64,000 bases of DNA from an uncultured Chloroflexia bacterium. Lineage in GTDB: Bacteria > Chloroflexota > Limnocylindria > Limnocylindrales > CSP1-4. The notes under the pieces were generated by a model. The model searched no databases and was not told where the DNA came from. It was given only the letters and a program-made list of their open reading frames with translations. This document shows positions 42,745-55,096 of the stretch, one piece after another. Position 1 is the stretch's first letter, and each line of letters starts with the position of its first letter. A program made the translations under genes and the position numbers. The stretch spans positions 2,624,001 to 2,688,000 of the forward strand of contig CAWHDR010000001.1 of NCBI GenBank assembly GCA_963828165.1. The letters are read 5' to 3'.

Positions 42745-43918
42745 CAGACCGTGCCCTCGCCGTAGGTCTTGGCCACGGTCCCGAGCTCACCGGGGGTGAC
42801 CCGCTCGGCGCGGATCCGGAACGTCCGCCGGATGACGACCTCGGCGGCGAGGAACAGCAGGATCAGCCCCTGGATGACGTCGATGATCTCGATCGGGATG
42901 TTCGCGGTGATCTGCATCGATGGCGCGCCGGCGCGCATGCCGCCGAGCAGGAGCGCCGCCAGCAGGATGCCGACCGGATGCGCCCGACCCAACAGCGCGA
43001 CGGTGATACCCGCGAACCCGATCGACGTGCCGAACACTGCCGGGTAGTAGCCGAGCGTCAGGATCTCGATCGATCCGGCCAGGCCGGCGAACAGCCCGCA
43101 CAGGCTCATCGTGAGGATGATCAGTCGGCGCGGGCTCATCCCGGCGTACCGCGCGGCGCTCGGATTGGCGCCGACCGTTCGGATCTCGAAGCCGAGCGTG
43201 GTGCGATAGATGAGGAACCAGGTGATGGGGACGGTCGCCAACGCGATCAGGATGCCGAGGCTGCCATTCCGGCCGAACAGGATCGGCAGGGCCGCATTGC
43301 CGACGTCGGCCGTGCGCGAGAAGCTCGGGCCGGTGATCTTGAAGATGTCGTTGACCAGGCCGACGATGATGAAGAACGCCAGCGAGTTGAGCATGATCGT
43401 CGACACCACCTCGTGGGCACCCGTGAACGCCTTGAGCGCGCCGGGGATGAACCCGTAGAGCGCCCCGCCGAGGGCGCCGGCTACCAGCGCCACGGTGACC
43501 GCGATGGGTACCGGCTGATCACCGACGGCGGCGCCGACGAGCGCGGCAACGAACGCGCCGACGAGCACCTGACCCGTCCCGCCGATGTTGAACAGCCCGG
43601 CCTTGAACCCGACCCCGACCGCGAGACCGGTCAGCACCAGGGGCGCGGCGGCTGCGACGGTACTGGTGAGGGCGCGGGCAGCGCGGTCCGGGTCGATCGA
43701 GAACGCGAGGCTGGGCACGTCCGCTGCGCTCACGTCGAGCAGCGACAGCCCAGTGGCCCCCTCGAGGAGGCTCTCGTAGGCGACGAGCGGCAGGAGCAGG
43801 TTCAGGGACTCACCGATGGCCAGGCTCGAGGCGATGATGAGGAGCGAGCCGAGCAGCAACGCGAGGATGATCGAGATGATCGGGATGATGGCCAGCGCCC
43901 ACAGCCGACGAAGCGTGG

Positions 43919-43922
<4 letters not shown>
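42744..43922 (-). CDS. Nucleoside ABC transporter permease (NupB-like)
   Basis: GLFNIGGTGQ, HEVVSTIMLN, VGANPSAARYAG, GITVALLGR. Confidence 0.92.
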
Positions 43923-45508
<1,586 letters not shown>

Positions 45509-45589
45509 GGCGTCCTCAGCTTCGACTCGGCGGTCAGGACGGAAGGTGCGGGCCCGGGGTGGAGCGCATGATAAACGTCCGTTGGAACG

Positions 45590-45621
45590 CCGGAGAGGCG
45601 GTCTTGCGACCGCCTCTCCGG
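45590..45621 (-). terminator. Intercistronic stem-loop after the BMP gene
   Basis: 14-bp perfect stem CCGGAGAGGCGGTC/GACCGCCTCTCCGG with a 4-nt loop. Confidence 0.65.
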
Positions 45622-45649
45622 GAGTTGCGCTGGGAACGGAGAGCGGAGA

Positions 45650-46825
45650 CTAGGTGCCGCTCACCGTGCACTTGGTCGGGGCGCACGGGTCGAGCGTCCC
45701 GGCCTTCAGGCCTTCGAGCGCCGTGTCGAGCAGGGCCTGGATCTCAGGCGTGATCAACGCGGCGTTGTCGTGGTAATCGGACAGGCCGATCGCCGGCGGG
45801 GTGGACGCCGCGTCATACAGGACGGTGCCCGCCTGGAAGGTGTCACTGGCCACGCTCGTGACGACGGCCTGGACGGTGTCCTTGAGCTTCTTCTCGGCGC
45901 TGGTGACGATGCACTTCGCGAGATTCGGCAGGCTCACGGCCTGGTCGACGTCGACGCCGATGCCCACGAGGTCCGCATCGCAGGCGGCCTCGAGCACGCC
46001 CACGCCGGTCAGACCGGCGACCTGGAACAGCACGTCGGCATCCTGGCCGATGAACTGACCCGCGATGGCGCGGCCCTTGGCCTGGTCGTTGAAGCCGACT
46101 GCGGGGTTCGGGTCGGTCTCCTGGTAGAGGACCTTGATGTCCGCGTTGACCGACTTGGCGCCGTTCTCATAGCCGCGCCAGTAGTTGACGACCGCCGGGA
46201 CGTTGGTCCCGCCGACGGCACCGATCGTGCCGGTCTTGCTGAGGCTGGCGGCGACGATGCCGGCGAGGTAGCCGGGCTGCGCCTCGGCGAAGACGATGCC
46301 CTGATAGTTCGGGATCAGGGTCGCGGCATCACCGGCACAGGCGAACGTCGGATCCGGCACGCCCTCGGCGTCAACGCAGACGCCCTGGTCGACACCGACG
46401 AACTTGATGTCCGGGTTCGCCTTGGCGGCGATGGCCGTGTCCGTCCCGATGAGGAACCCGACGGTCACGATGACGTCGAAGTCGGCATCGATGAGCGTCT
46501 GGATGTTCGCCGCATAGTCGCCGATCGCCTGGGTGACGATGACGTCGTGGGAACCGCCGGTGGCCTCGGCCGCGGCGAGCGCCCCTTCGTTCGACGACTG
46601 GTTGAAGGACTTGTCCTCGAGCTGCCCGACGTCGGTGACGACACCGACCTTCAGCGGCGTCAGCGCCGCCGACGGCTCCGCGGATGGGGCCTCGGACGCC
46701 GCTTCGCTTGGCGGCGGAGCGACGGACGCGGGAGCACTCGGTGCGGTCGATGCCGCGCCGGGGCCGCATGCCGCGACGAGGATGGCCATACCTGCGAACA
46801 GGGTCAGGCCGAAGCGCTTCTGCAT
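45650..46825 (-). CDS. BMP family nucleoside-binding lipoprotein
   Basis: Lipobox VAAC-G, DKSFNQ, GYLAG, AGLTGVG, IGVDVDQ, TSAEK. Confidence 0.93.
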   Translation of the reverse strand: MQKRFGLTLFAGMAILVAACGPGAASTAPSAPASVAPPPSEAASEAPSAEPSAALTPLKVGVVTDVGQLEDKSFNQSSNEGALAAAEATGGSHDVIVTQAIGDYAANIQTLIDADFDVIVTVGFLIGTDTAIAAKANPDIKFVGVDQGVCVDAEGVPDPTFACAGDAATLIPNYQGIVFAEAQPGYLAGIVAASLSKTGTIGAVGGTNVPAVVNYWRGYENGAKSVNADIKVLYQETDPNPAVGFNDQAKGRAIAGQFIGQDADVLFQVAGLTGVGVLEAACDADLVGIGVDVDQAVSLPNLAKCIVTSAEKKLKDTVQAVVTSVASDTFQAGTVLYDAASTPPAIGLSDYHDNAALITPEIQALLDTALEGLKAGTLDPCAPTKCTVSGT

Positions 46826-47023
46826 GTGTTCTCCTCCTAGCCGGGTCCCCCGCGGCCCTGACGGGCGCGCCCGGGGGCGACCCGGATCCGAACCGACCGC
46901 TTCTCCCCGGACGGCATCGATTGCGCATCCTACCCCATGGTGACCCTGTGGGCATACTGCAAAGGTGAGCCAGCGGTGCCGATTCCTTCACGTTCCCGGG
47001 CAGGCTCACGAGGGCCGAAGTTC

Positions 47024-47716
47024 ATGCTGCGAAGTGACCTGGCGATCGCGGCCATGGCCGTCGTCTTCGGGCTGGGGGGTTGTGCCGTGACGCCGTCACC
47101 GCCGGGCCGTCCGGACGGCCTGCGCTACGTGGCGCTTGGTGATTCGTACACGATCGGGACGTCGGTGGAGCCAGCGGAGCGCTTCCCTGACCAGCTCGTG
47201 GCGGCCCTGGGTACGACGGCGCCGACCCTGCAGCTGGCCGCCAACCTCGCGGTCAACGGCTACACGTCGGCCGACGTCGTGCGCGAGGAGCTGCCCGCCC
47301 TCGCCGGTCTCGAGCCCGAGTTCGTGACCGTCCTGATCGGGGTCAACGACGTCGTGCAGGGCGTCCCGATCGAGACGTACGAGAGCACCGTCGCGACCAT
47401 CCTCGACGCGCTCCTCGCCCGCCTCCCGGCGGAGCGCATCGTCGCCGTCGCCATCCCGGATTACACGGCCACCCCCGCAGGTGCCGACTATGGCGACCCG
47501 ACCCAGCAGCACGACGCGATCGTGGCGAGCAACGCCGTCATGGAGCGGCTTGCCGGGGCGCGGGGCATCGCCTTTGTCGACATCTTCGACCTGTCACTCC
47601 GCGCCGCCGACGACCGCTCGCTCGTGGCTGGCGACGGCCTCCACCCGAGTGGCACGCAGTACGCGCTGTGGGTCGAGCGGCTCCAGCCGGTCGTGGAGCG
47701 GCTGCTCGGCCGCTAG
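47024..47716 (+). CDS. SGNH/GDSL hydrolase, probably a lipoprotein
   Basis: YVALGDSYT, LIGVND, DGLHP; N-terminal LGGC. Confidence 0.9.
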   Translation: MLRSDLAIAAMAVVFGLGGCAVTPSPPGRPDGLRYVALGDSYTIGTSVEPAERFPDQLVAALGTTAPTLQLAANLAVNGYTSADVVREELPALAGLEPEFVTVLIGVNDVVQGVPIETYESTVATILDALLARLPAERIVAVAIPDYTATPAGADYGDPTQQHDAIVASNAVMERLAGARGIAFVDIFDLSLRAADDRSLVAGDGLHPSGTQYALWVERLQPVVERLLGR

Positions 47717-47770
47717 TCTGCCGGTCCTGGCGCGGCCGCCGGGACTGATCGACCCGCCGTGAGCGAAGGA

Positions 47771-48154
47771 TCAGCGGCCGTCTCGCAGCTCGTGGAGGCG
47801 CGCGTCGCTGATCCCGAAGTGGTGGGCGATCTCGTGATAGACCGTGTCGGTGACCGCTGCCGCGAGCCGTGCCGGCGTCCGATTCGCGCGGGTCAGCGGT
47901 CCGCGGAAGATCGTGATCTTGCTGGGGTAGCTGACGCCATCGGCCGCCCAGGCCGTCCGGGGCACACCCTGGTAGAGCCCGTACAGACCGTGCGCTCGAA
48001 CCGATGCCAGCTGCTCGGGCGTGGGCTCGTCTTCGATGACGATGGCGACCGATCCGAGACGGTCCCGGAACGGCGCCGGCAGCCGTTCCAGCGCATCGAC
48101 CACGATGGTCTCGATCTCGGAGTCGCCCGCGGTCTGTTCGATATCGATGTTCAC
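47771..48154 (-). CDS. Zincin-like metallopeptidase (Zincin_1)
   Basis: LYGLYQGVP, ITIFRGP, TVYHEIAHHFGISD. Confidence 0.9.
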   Translation of the reverse strand: MNIDIEQTAGDSEIETIVVDALERLPAPFRDRLGSVAIVIEDEPTPEQLASVRAHGLYGLYQGVPRTAWAADGVSYPSKITIFRGPLTRANRTPARLAAAVTDTVYHEIAHHFGISDARLHELRDGR

Positions 48155-48323
48155 GCTCGGGAGCGTAGTCGGTCACGGTCACATCCGCCGAAGCCATCCG
48201 TGGCGGAAGGCCTGTCGAGGCCCCTCAGCCACCCTCGGATCAGCGCGCGGCGCACGACCGACACCATAATGCTGGCCTGCACCGCGAGCAGGAACGCTCG
48301 GGGTTTCATCGACGGAGGGTCAC

Positions 48324-49748
48324 GTGACAGCTGTGCAGATCACAGGTCTGACGGGCGAGACTCGGGATATCCCGGGAGAAGCCCTCGACACGCTGGCGGC
48401 CGATCTGGACGGCCCCGTGGTCTACCCGGACGACGAGCCGTTTGCCGAAGCGACGGCCATCTGGAACGGGATGATCAAGAAGCGGCCGGCCGTGGTGGTG
48501 CGCCCGGCAACCGTGGGGGACGTCGTACGAACCCTCCAGTTCGTCCGCGAGCACGGGCTTCAGGTGTCCATCAAGGGCGGGGGGCACAACATCGCCGGCC
48601 TGGCGCTCTGTGACGGCGGTGTCACCCTTGACATGTCGACGATGAACGACGTGACGGTCGACCCCGAGACGCGGCTGGTGCGGGTCGGCCCGGGCTGCAA
48701 CCTGGGCGATGTCGATCGAGCGACCCAGGAGCACGGTCTGGCCACCACGCTCGGATTCGTCTCCGCGACCGGTGTGGCCGGGCTCACCCTGGGTGGAGGG
48801 TTCGGCTACCTGACCCGTCGATTCGGATGGACGGTGGATGATCTCGAGGAGGTCGAGATCGTCACCGCCGACGGGACGGTCCGGCGCGCCTCCCGCACCG
48901 AGAACGAGGACCTCTTCTGGGCGCTCCGGGGCGGCGGCGGCAACTTCGGGATCGTCACCGAGTTCGTGTTCCGACTGCATGAGGTCGGGCCGCAGGTGAC
49001 CGCCGGCGTCATCGCCTGGCCGGCGTCCGAGGCCGATGCGGTCCTGGCTCTCTATCGGACCGTCGCGGAGTCGTCCCCACGAGAGCTGACCTCTGTCGTG
49101 GTGCGCCGGAATGCGCCGCCCGCGCCGTGGCTTCCCGAGTCCGCGCACGGCACCCCGGTGATCATGGTGATCGTGTGCCACTCAGGGTCCCTGGAGCAGG
49201 CACAGGCCGACCTGGCCCCGATCAAGGCGCATGGCGAGCCCCTGGCCGACCTGATCGTGGTCAAGGACTACGTCGCCCAACAGACCCTCCTCGACGCGAC
49301 CCAGCCAAAGGGCATGCACTACTACTGGAAGTCTGAATTCGTCGGGGGCCTGAGCGACGAACTCTTCGCTGCCTACAACGCGCAGTTCGTCGGCCTGACG
49401 GCGCCGGCGAACCAGATGGTGCTCTTCCAGATCGCCGGCGCGCTCAACGAGCATCCCGAGGATGACGGAGCCATGGGCAACCGGGAGGCCGCATTCGCCT
49501 GCGTGATCCAGGCGATGTGGAAACCCGACTCCGGGGCCGACGACGCCAATCGCGAGTGGGTGCGGAACGCGTGGCACGCGATCCGGCCATATTCCACGGG
49601 CGGCAACTACGTGAACTTCCAGACCGAAGACGAGGCCGATGAGCGCACGGTGGCGTCGTACCGGGACAACTACGCGCGCCTCGAGACGATCAAGGCGACG
49701 TACGACCCGTCCAATGTCTTCCGGGTGAACCGAAACATTCGACCCTAG
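48324..49748 (+). CDS. FAD-linked oxidoreductase (BBE-like)
   Basis: KGGGHN, TGVAGLTLGGG, LFWALRGGGGNFGIVT, YVNF, KATYDPSNVF. Confidence 0.93.
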   Translation: MTAVQITGLTGETRDIPGEALDTLAADLDGPVVYPDDEPFAEATAIWNGMIKKRPAVVVRPATVGDVVRTLQFVREHGLQVSIKGGGHNIAGLALCDGGVTLDMSTMNDVTVDPETRLVRVGPGCNLGDVDRATQEHGLATTLGFVSATGVAGLTLGGGFGYLTRRFGWTVDDLEEVEIVTADGTVRRASRTENEDLFWALRGGGGNFGIVTEFVFRLHEVGPQVTAGVIAWPASEADAVLALYRTVAESSPRELTSVVVRRNAPPAPWLPESAHGTPVIMVIVCHSGSLEQAQADLAPIKAHGEPLADLIVVKDYVAQQTLLDATQPKGMHYYWKSEFVGGLSDELFAAYNAQFVGLTAPANQMVLFQIAGALNEHPEDDGAMGNREAAFACVIQAMWKPDSGADDANREWVRNAWHAIRPYSTGGNYVNFQTEDEADERTVASYRDNYARLETIKATYDPSNVFRVNRNIRP

Positions 49749-49807
49749 CGTCCCGGCGACGATCGCCGGCACCTGAGTCACGGTCGGACCGCTACCATGG
49801 ATCCTCC

Positions 49808-52800
49808 GTGACGACCCTGGCTCCCAACGACTTCACGCACCTCCACGCCCATTCCGAATTCAGCCTGCTCGACGGACTCGGCCGGATCACGGAGCTGGTC
49901 GACGCGGCGGCCGCCCAGGGCATGGATTCGATGGCCATCACGGACCACGGCGCCCTCTACGGCGCGGTCGCCTTCTACCAGGCCGCGAAGAACAAGGGCA
50001 TCAAGCCGATCATCGGCGTCGAGACCTACGTCGCTCGCCGCTCCATGACCGACAAGGAGGGCAAGGCCGACAGCCAGCCGTTCCACCTCATCCTCCTGGC
50101 CAGGGACTACCGCGGCTACCAGAACCTCTGCCGCCTCGTCACCGACGCCCACATCGACGGCTACTACTACAAGCCGCGCATCGATCGCGAGCATCTCGCG
50201 AAATACAGCGAGGGCCTCATCGGACTGAGCGCCTGTCTCGGTGGCGAGGTCGCCAAGGCGCTCGAGGTCGAGGACTGGGAGCTGGCCCGCCACGTCGCGG
50301 GTGAGTACAAGGAGATCTTCGGCAAGGACGGCTTCTTCCTGGAGCTGCAGGACCACGGCGTCCCGGAGCAGGCTCGGCTCAACGGCCAGCTGCTCCGGCT
50401 GGCCCCGGAGATCGGCCTCCCGCTGGTCGTCACCAACGACCTCCACTACGTCCGTCAGGAGCAGTCCGAGGCGCATGACGTCCTGCTGTGCGTGGGCACC
50501 GGCAACAACCTCGACACGCCGGGCCGGCTGAAGTTCGAGACCCACGAGTTCTATGTCAAGTCGGCGGCCCAGATGGCGGCGCTCTTCCCGGACCAGCCCG
50601 AGGCGATCCTGAACAGCCGCCGCATCGCCGAGATGACAGACATCGAGCTGCCGCTGGGGCAGCTGCGCATCCCGCACTTCCCGGTGCCGGAGGGCCACAC
50701 GGTCGAAAGCTGGCTGCGCGCTGAGTGCGAGGCGGGCCTCGAGCGCCGCTATGGGACCGTCACGCCCGCCCTCCAGGAACGGCTCGACTACGAGCTGGGC
50801 GTCATCATCCAGATGGGCTACGCAGCCTATTTCCTGATCGTCGCGGACTTCATCGCATTCGCCCGGCGGGAGGGCATCCAGACGACCTGCCGCGGCAGCG
50901 CCCCGGGCAGCATCGTCACGTATACGCTCGGGATCACGCCGGTGGACCCGATCCTCTACCAGCTCCCGTTCGAGCGCTTCCTGAACCCCGACCGCGTGAC
51001 GATGCCCGACATCGACGTGGACTTCGAGGACGGCCGGCGCGACGAGGTCATCGCCTACGTCGGGCGCAAGTACGGGCAGGATCACGTCGCGCAGATCATC
51101 ACGTTCGGCACGATGCTCGCCCGGGCCGCCATCCGCGACGTCGGTCGCGTGCTCGGCCACTCGTACGGCGAGGTCGACCGCATCGCGAAGGCCGTCCCGA
51201 ACCAGCTCGGGATCACGCTCGATGAGGCCATCCGGACCGCCCCCGCGCTGCGCGAGCAGGTCGAGGCGGACCCCTCGATCAAGCGGATCACCGACTTCGC
51301 GCGGCATCTCGAAGGCGTCGCCCGGAACGCCAGCACGCACGCCGCCGGCGTCGTCATCAGCCGCGAGCCGCTGACCGAGCTCATGCCACTCCAGAAGGCG
51401 ACGAACTCGGACTCGCTGATGACCCAGTACGAGATGCACGCCATCGAGGCGATGGGCCTGCTCAAGTTCGACTTCCTGGGGCTGTCGAACCTGACGATCC
51501 TCCGCCAGGCGGTCGATTTCGTGCGGGAACACCGCGGAATCGCGATCGACCTCGACACGATCCCGCTCGACGACGCGAAGACCTTCGACCTGCTGGCGTC
51601 GGGCGAGACGACGGGCATCTTCCAGCTCGAGTCCGCGGGCATGCGCCGCTACATCCGCGAGCTTCGACCGACCTCGGTCCACGATCTTGCGGCGATGGTC
51701 GCGCTGTACCGCCCCGGGCCGATGGACAACATCCCGGCCTACATCCGCCGCAAGCACGGTCAGGAGCCGGTCACCTACCTCCATCCGCTGCTCGAGCCGT
51801 ACCTGGAGAAGACCTACGGGATCTTCGTCTACCAGGAGGACATCATGTCCGCGGCCGTCGCTCTCGGCGGTTTCACCGGCCCCGAGGCGGACACGCTGGG
51901 CTATGCGATCCGGAAGAAGAAGTCGTCCGTCCTGCGCGCCCAGAAGGAGCGATTCGTCACCCAGGCCGCCGAGCGCGGAGTCGACGCCGGCGTCATCGAT
52001 GCCGTCTTCCATGCGTTCGAGCCATTCGAGCGCTACGGCTTCAACAAGGCCCACGCCACCTGCTACGGGCTGATCGCGTACCAGACCGCGTACCTCAAGG
52101 CCAACCACACCGTGGACTACATGACCGCGGTCCTCACGGCCTTCAGGGCAAGCGAGGAGAAGGTGGCGGCCGCGGTCGCCGAGTGTCGCCGGATGGGTAT
52201 CGAGGTATTGCCACCGGACGTCCATGCGAGCCACCTGGAGTTCACCGTCGAAGGCGATGCGATCCGGTTCGGCTTGCTGGCCGTCAAGAACGTCGGCCAG
52301 GGGGCGATCGAATCGATCATCGCGGCGCGCGCCGAGGGCGGGCCGTTTCGCTCGCTGACGGACCTGTGCACCCGCATCGACCTGCGCCTCGCGAACCGCA
52401 AGGTGCTCGAGGCCCTCATCAAGGTCGGGGCCATGCGCGAGTTCGGTCATCCGGCCCAGCTCCTGCTCGGGGTCGACGATGCGATCGGGTCGGCCCAGGC
52501 GACCCAGCGCGACCGGATCACCGGCCAGACCTCGCTTTTCGATCTGGGTGCCGGCGACGCGGACGTCCTCGAGCGGCCATTGCCAGCCGCCACGGAGGTG
52601 CCGGTGCGAGAGCGGCTGCGCTGGGAGAAGGAGCTGCTCGGCCTGTACCTCTCCGAGCACCCGATGGGCGAGGTCGCCGAGCAAGTCGGCCGATACGTGA
52701 ACGCCTATTCGGGCGATCTCAAGGACGAGGCACTCGACGGCCAGCGAGTCGTCATCGGGGGGATCGTCACGGGGATCCGAACGGTCATCACGAAGCGCCA

Positions 52801-53611
52801 GGAGGCGATGGCCATCGCCACGCTGGAGGACCTGCAGGGCTCGATCGAGGTCGTGGTCTTTCCCCGCCTGTACGAGACCAGCCGCCCGACGTGGCGGGAC
52901 GGGGCGATCCTGCTGGTCGCCGGACGGGTGGATCACAAGGGCGAAGAGGTATCGCTGCTGGCCGATCTCGCAGCGGACTGGGACGACGCCTCCGCTCGCG
53001 GACCCGAGGCGTTCGCACGGGAGGTGGCGGCGGGTGATCGCTCCGGCGGACGCGGCGGCCCACGACGACCACCGGTACCGGTCGGCCCGGGGCCGGGCTG
53101 GGGGCCCGGCGGCAACGGGGTGGAGCGACCGGCCACGGTCTCTCCTCGACGGGAAGACGGCAACGGCGGGCCCCCGCCGGATGCCATGCCGCGGATCCAG
53201 CCCGCCGAACCGATCCCGGCCTACCTCGAGCCGGCCGGTGCTGTTGCGATCGCCGGCGATGCCCACGACCTTCACGAGGAACCGGCCGTGCCTGACGAGG
53301 CTCGTGCCCGGATCGTGGCCGACGCCACCGCCGACGCGCCGGTGGCAGCCGGCCCGGGCGCCATCCTGCACGTGCGGTTCGAGCACGCCGCCGCGCCCGA
53401 TCGGCTCGTCAGCGCGATGGAGGCCCTCAAGGCCCTGCTGCGTGACCGGCCGGGCGCCACGCGGGTCGTCATCCACGTGCCCGCGCCCGGTGGTGGACCG
53501 ACCCTGCCGATGGAGCTCCGGCGGGGGGTCGCCTACGACGCCGAGCTGCTCGCCGAGGTCCGCCGTCGGCTCGGCGACGGCCTCGTCGACCTCCGCCTCA
53601 TGAGCGCCTGA
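49808..53611 (+). CDS. dnaE: DNA polymerase III alpha subunit
   Basis: HLHAHSEFSLLDG (PHP), RGSAPGS, MPDIDVDF, HAAGVVI, YGFNKAHA, OB-fold. Confidence 0.98.
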   Translation: MTTLAPNDFTHLHAHSEFSLLDGLGRITELVDAAAAQGMDSMAITDHGALYGAVAFYQAAKNKGIKPIIGVETYVARRSMTDKEGKADSQPFHLILLARDYRGYQNLCRLVTDAHIDGYYYKPRIDREHLAKYSEGLIGLSACLGGEVAKALEVEDWELARHVAGEYKEIFGKDGFFLELQDHGVPEQARLNGQLLRLAPEIGLPLVVTNDLHYVRQEQSEAHDVLLCVGTGNNLDTPGRLKFETHEFYVKSAAQMAALFPDQPEAILNSRRIAEMTDIELPLGQLRIPHFPVPEGHTVESWLRAECEAGLERRYGTVTPALQERLDYELGVIIQMGYAAYFLIVADFIAFARREGIQTTCRGSAPGSIVTYTLGITPVDPILYQLPFERFLNPDRVTMPDIDVDFEDGRRDEVIAYVGRKYGQDHVAQIITFGTMLARAAIRDVGRVLGHSYGEVDRIAKAVPNQLGITLDEAIRTAPALREQVEADPSIKRITDFARHLEGVARNASTHAAGVVISREPLTELMPLQKATNSDSLMTQYEMHAIEAMGLLKFDFLGLSNLTILRQAVDFVREHRGIAIDLDTIPLDDAKTFDLLASGETTGIFQLESAGMRRYIRELRPTSVHDLAAMVALYRPGPMDNIPAYIRRKHGQEPVTYLHPLLEPYLEKTYGIFVYQEDIMSAAVALGGFTGPEADTLGYAIRKKKSSVLRAQKERFVTQAAERGVDAGVIDAVFHAFEPFERYGFNKAHATCYGLIAYQTAYLKANHTVDYMTAVLTAFRASEEKVAAAVAECRRMGIEVLPPDVHASHLEFTVEGDAIRFGLLAVKNVGQGAIESIIAARAEGGPFRSLTDLCTRIDLRLANRKVLEALIKVGAMREFGHPAQLLLGVDDAIGSAQATQRDRITGQTSLFDLGAGDADVLERPLPAATEVPVRERLRWEKELLGLYLSEHPMGEVAEQVGRYVNAYSGDLKDEALDGQRVVIGGIVTGIRTVITKRQEAMAIATLEDLQGSIEVVVFPRLYETSRPTWRDGAILLVAGRVDHKGEEVSLLADLAADWDDASARGPEAFAREVAAGDRSGGRGGPRRPPVPVGPGPGWGPGGNGVERPATVSPRREDGNGGPPPDAMPRIQPAEPIPAYLEPAGAVAIAGDAHDLHEEPAVPDEARARIVADATADAPVAAGPGAILHVRFEHAAAPDRLVSAMEALKALLRDRPGATRVVIHVPAPGGGPTLPMELRRGVAYDAELLAEVRRRLGDGLVDLRLMSA

Positions 53612-53630
53612 TCGTGGCAGGGCTCCCGCC

Positions 53631-54050
53631 TCAGGACGCCGGTTCGATCTCCACGACCCGCGCCGACCACGGACAGTAGCGGTCGCTCGTCAGCGTCCGG
53701 CTTTCGACGTCGCTCGGTTCGCCGTCGCACACCTCGGTCGTCAAGTCGGCGAACTCGAAATCGGCAGGATCGAGCGACCACGACCAGCCTTCGTTCACGC
53801 CCGTGTCGCGCACGATCCGGCCGTTCGGGATGTCCGGACCTTCGCCACCGTCAAGCAACTTGAGCGCGATGGCCTGGTCGGCCGGATCGATCAGGAGCAC
53901 GCGGAACCGTTCGCCGTCGTTGACCTCGAAGGTCACGACCATCCCCGCGGAAGGCGATGGCAACGTGATCTCGGGCTCGGAGCACCCGATCAGCGCGACC
54001 GCGACCGCGACCAGGAAGGCCAGACCGGTCGCACGCGTGCTCCCGCGCAC
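53631..54050 (-). CDS. Lipoprotein with a BP74-like domain
   Basis: Lipobox LIGC; IPNGRI...WSWSLDP...EVCDG...YCPW. Confidence 0.7.
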   Translation of the reverse strand: MRGSTRATGLAFLVAVAVALIGCSEPEITLPSPSAGMVVTFEVNDGERFRVLLIDPADQAIALKLLDGGEGPDIPNGRIVRDTGVNEGWSWSLDPADFEFADLTTEVCDGEPSDVESRTLTSDRYCPWSARVVEIEPAS

Positions 54051-54055
54051 CTGGA

Positions 54056-54634
54056 TCAGCCCTGGCCGGCGAGCCGGCGGACCTCCTGGACCGACGAAAG
54101 CCGCTCGCTGAACTCGGCCCGGATCGCGGAGATGACGTCGGTATCGAGCATGAGCTCGCTGGCGATCTGATTCACTGCCGCCGACTCTTCGGCGGAGATC
54201 GTGCCGCTGGCCGCCCCGACCGCGAAACAGGCGCGGAGCACGTTGGTCCGCTGTTCCTCGGTGGCGATGCTCGTGAATTCCCGCGTCACGACGTAGTTCT
54301 CGGTGCCTCCGACGGTGCGTGCCTGGAGCTTGGCCATCTCGGTGACCAGGACCGCGGTGGGTTCGTCGAGCGCGCCGTGAGCCTGCAGCTCACGCTCCAT
54401 GACGGCGGTCTCTTCCGCGCTGATCTCGAGATCGGCGTGCGCGGCTCGGGCCAGCGTGTACGCCGCTGAGGCCACGAGCCGCGCCTGCTCGGCGGGCATC
54501 TCCTCCAGCCGCTCCACGATCCGGCGGACGGTGGCGGTCTCTCCGGCCGTGGTCGGTGCGGCGGTCAGTGCGGCCTCGGTCTGGGCTGCGGCCTGCTCAT
54601 GCTCGGGCCCGGGCCCGAAGATCCGTCGAAACAT
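54056..54634 (-). CDS. TerB family protein
   Basis: ARAAHADLEISAEE; repeated AVGAASGTISAEE; AAGGAG RBS. Confidence 0.8.
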   Translation of the reverse strand: MFRRIFGPGPEHEQAAAQTEAALTAAPTTAGETATVRRIVERLEEMPAEQARLVASAAYTLARAAHADLEISAEETAVMERELQAHGALDEPTAVLVTEMAKLQARTVGGTENYVVTREFTSIATEEQRTNVLRACFAVGAASGTISAEESAAVNQIASELMLDTDVISAIRAEFSERLSSVQEVRRLAGQG

Positions 54635-54723
54635 GGGTCTCCTTCGAGGTGGATGCCGTCCGTCACGATACCCGTTCCGGCGCTGGAGCCCACGGTGGTG
54701 CGAGTTCCGATACGCTCCGGACC

Positions 54724-55059
54724 GTGAACGTGACCCTGACGACGACCGGCCGCCGCAGCGGCAAGCCCAGAACGGTCCCGCTGTATGCATGGGAAGACGC
54801 CGATCGTCTCGTCGTCGTCGGGTCGCAGGGCGGGAGCGCGCACGACCCGCACTGGGCTCGCAACCTGCGGGCACATCCTCGAGCGACCGTCAAGAAGGGC
54901 CGCAATGTGCTCGACGTCCGCGCCAGCGAAGTCGCTGCGGCCGAGCGCGACCGCCTCTGGCAGCTCGTCGTCGAGGCGTTCCCCTTGTATGCGACGTACC
55001 AGCGGAAGACCGAGCGGGTCATCCCGCTGTTCGTGCTCGAGACGGTGGAAGCTGCCTGA
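54724..55059 (+). CDS. F420-dependent nitroreductase/quinone reductase (Ddn-like), short form
   Basis: LTTTGRRSGKPRTVPL, VVGSQGG..HDPHWARNL, YQRKTERVIP. Confidence 0.85.
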   Translation: MNVTLTTTGRRSGKPRTVPLYAWEDADRLVVVGSQGGSAHDPHWARNLRAHPRATVKKGRNVLDVRASEVAAAERDRLWQLVVEAFPLYATYQRKTERVIPLFVLETVEAA

Positions 55060-55092
55060 GGGTCGGCGGCGCCTGAGGGTCGGTGGCGCCTG
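55054..55092. repeat. 17-bp tandem repeat between convergent genes
   Basis: GCCTGAGGGTCGGYGGC twice plus GCCTG. Confidence 0.7.
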
Positions 55093-55096
55093 GCGG

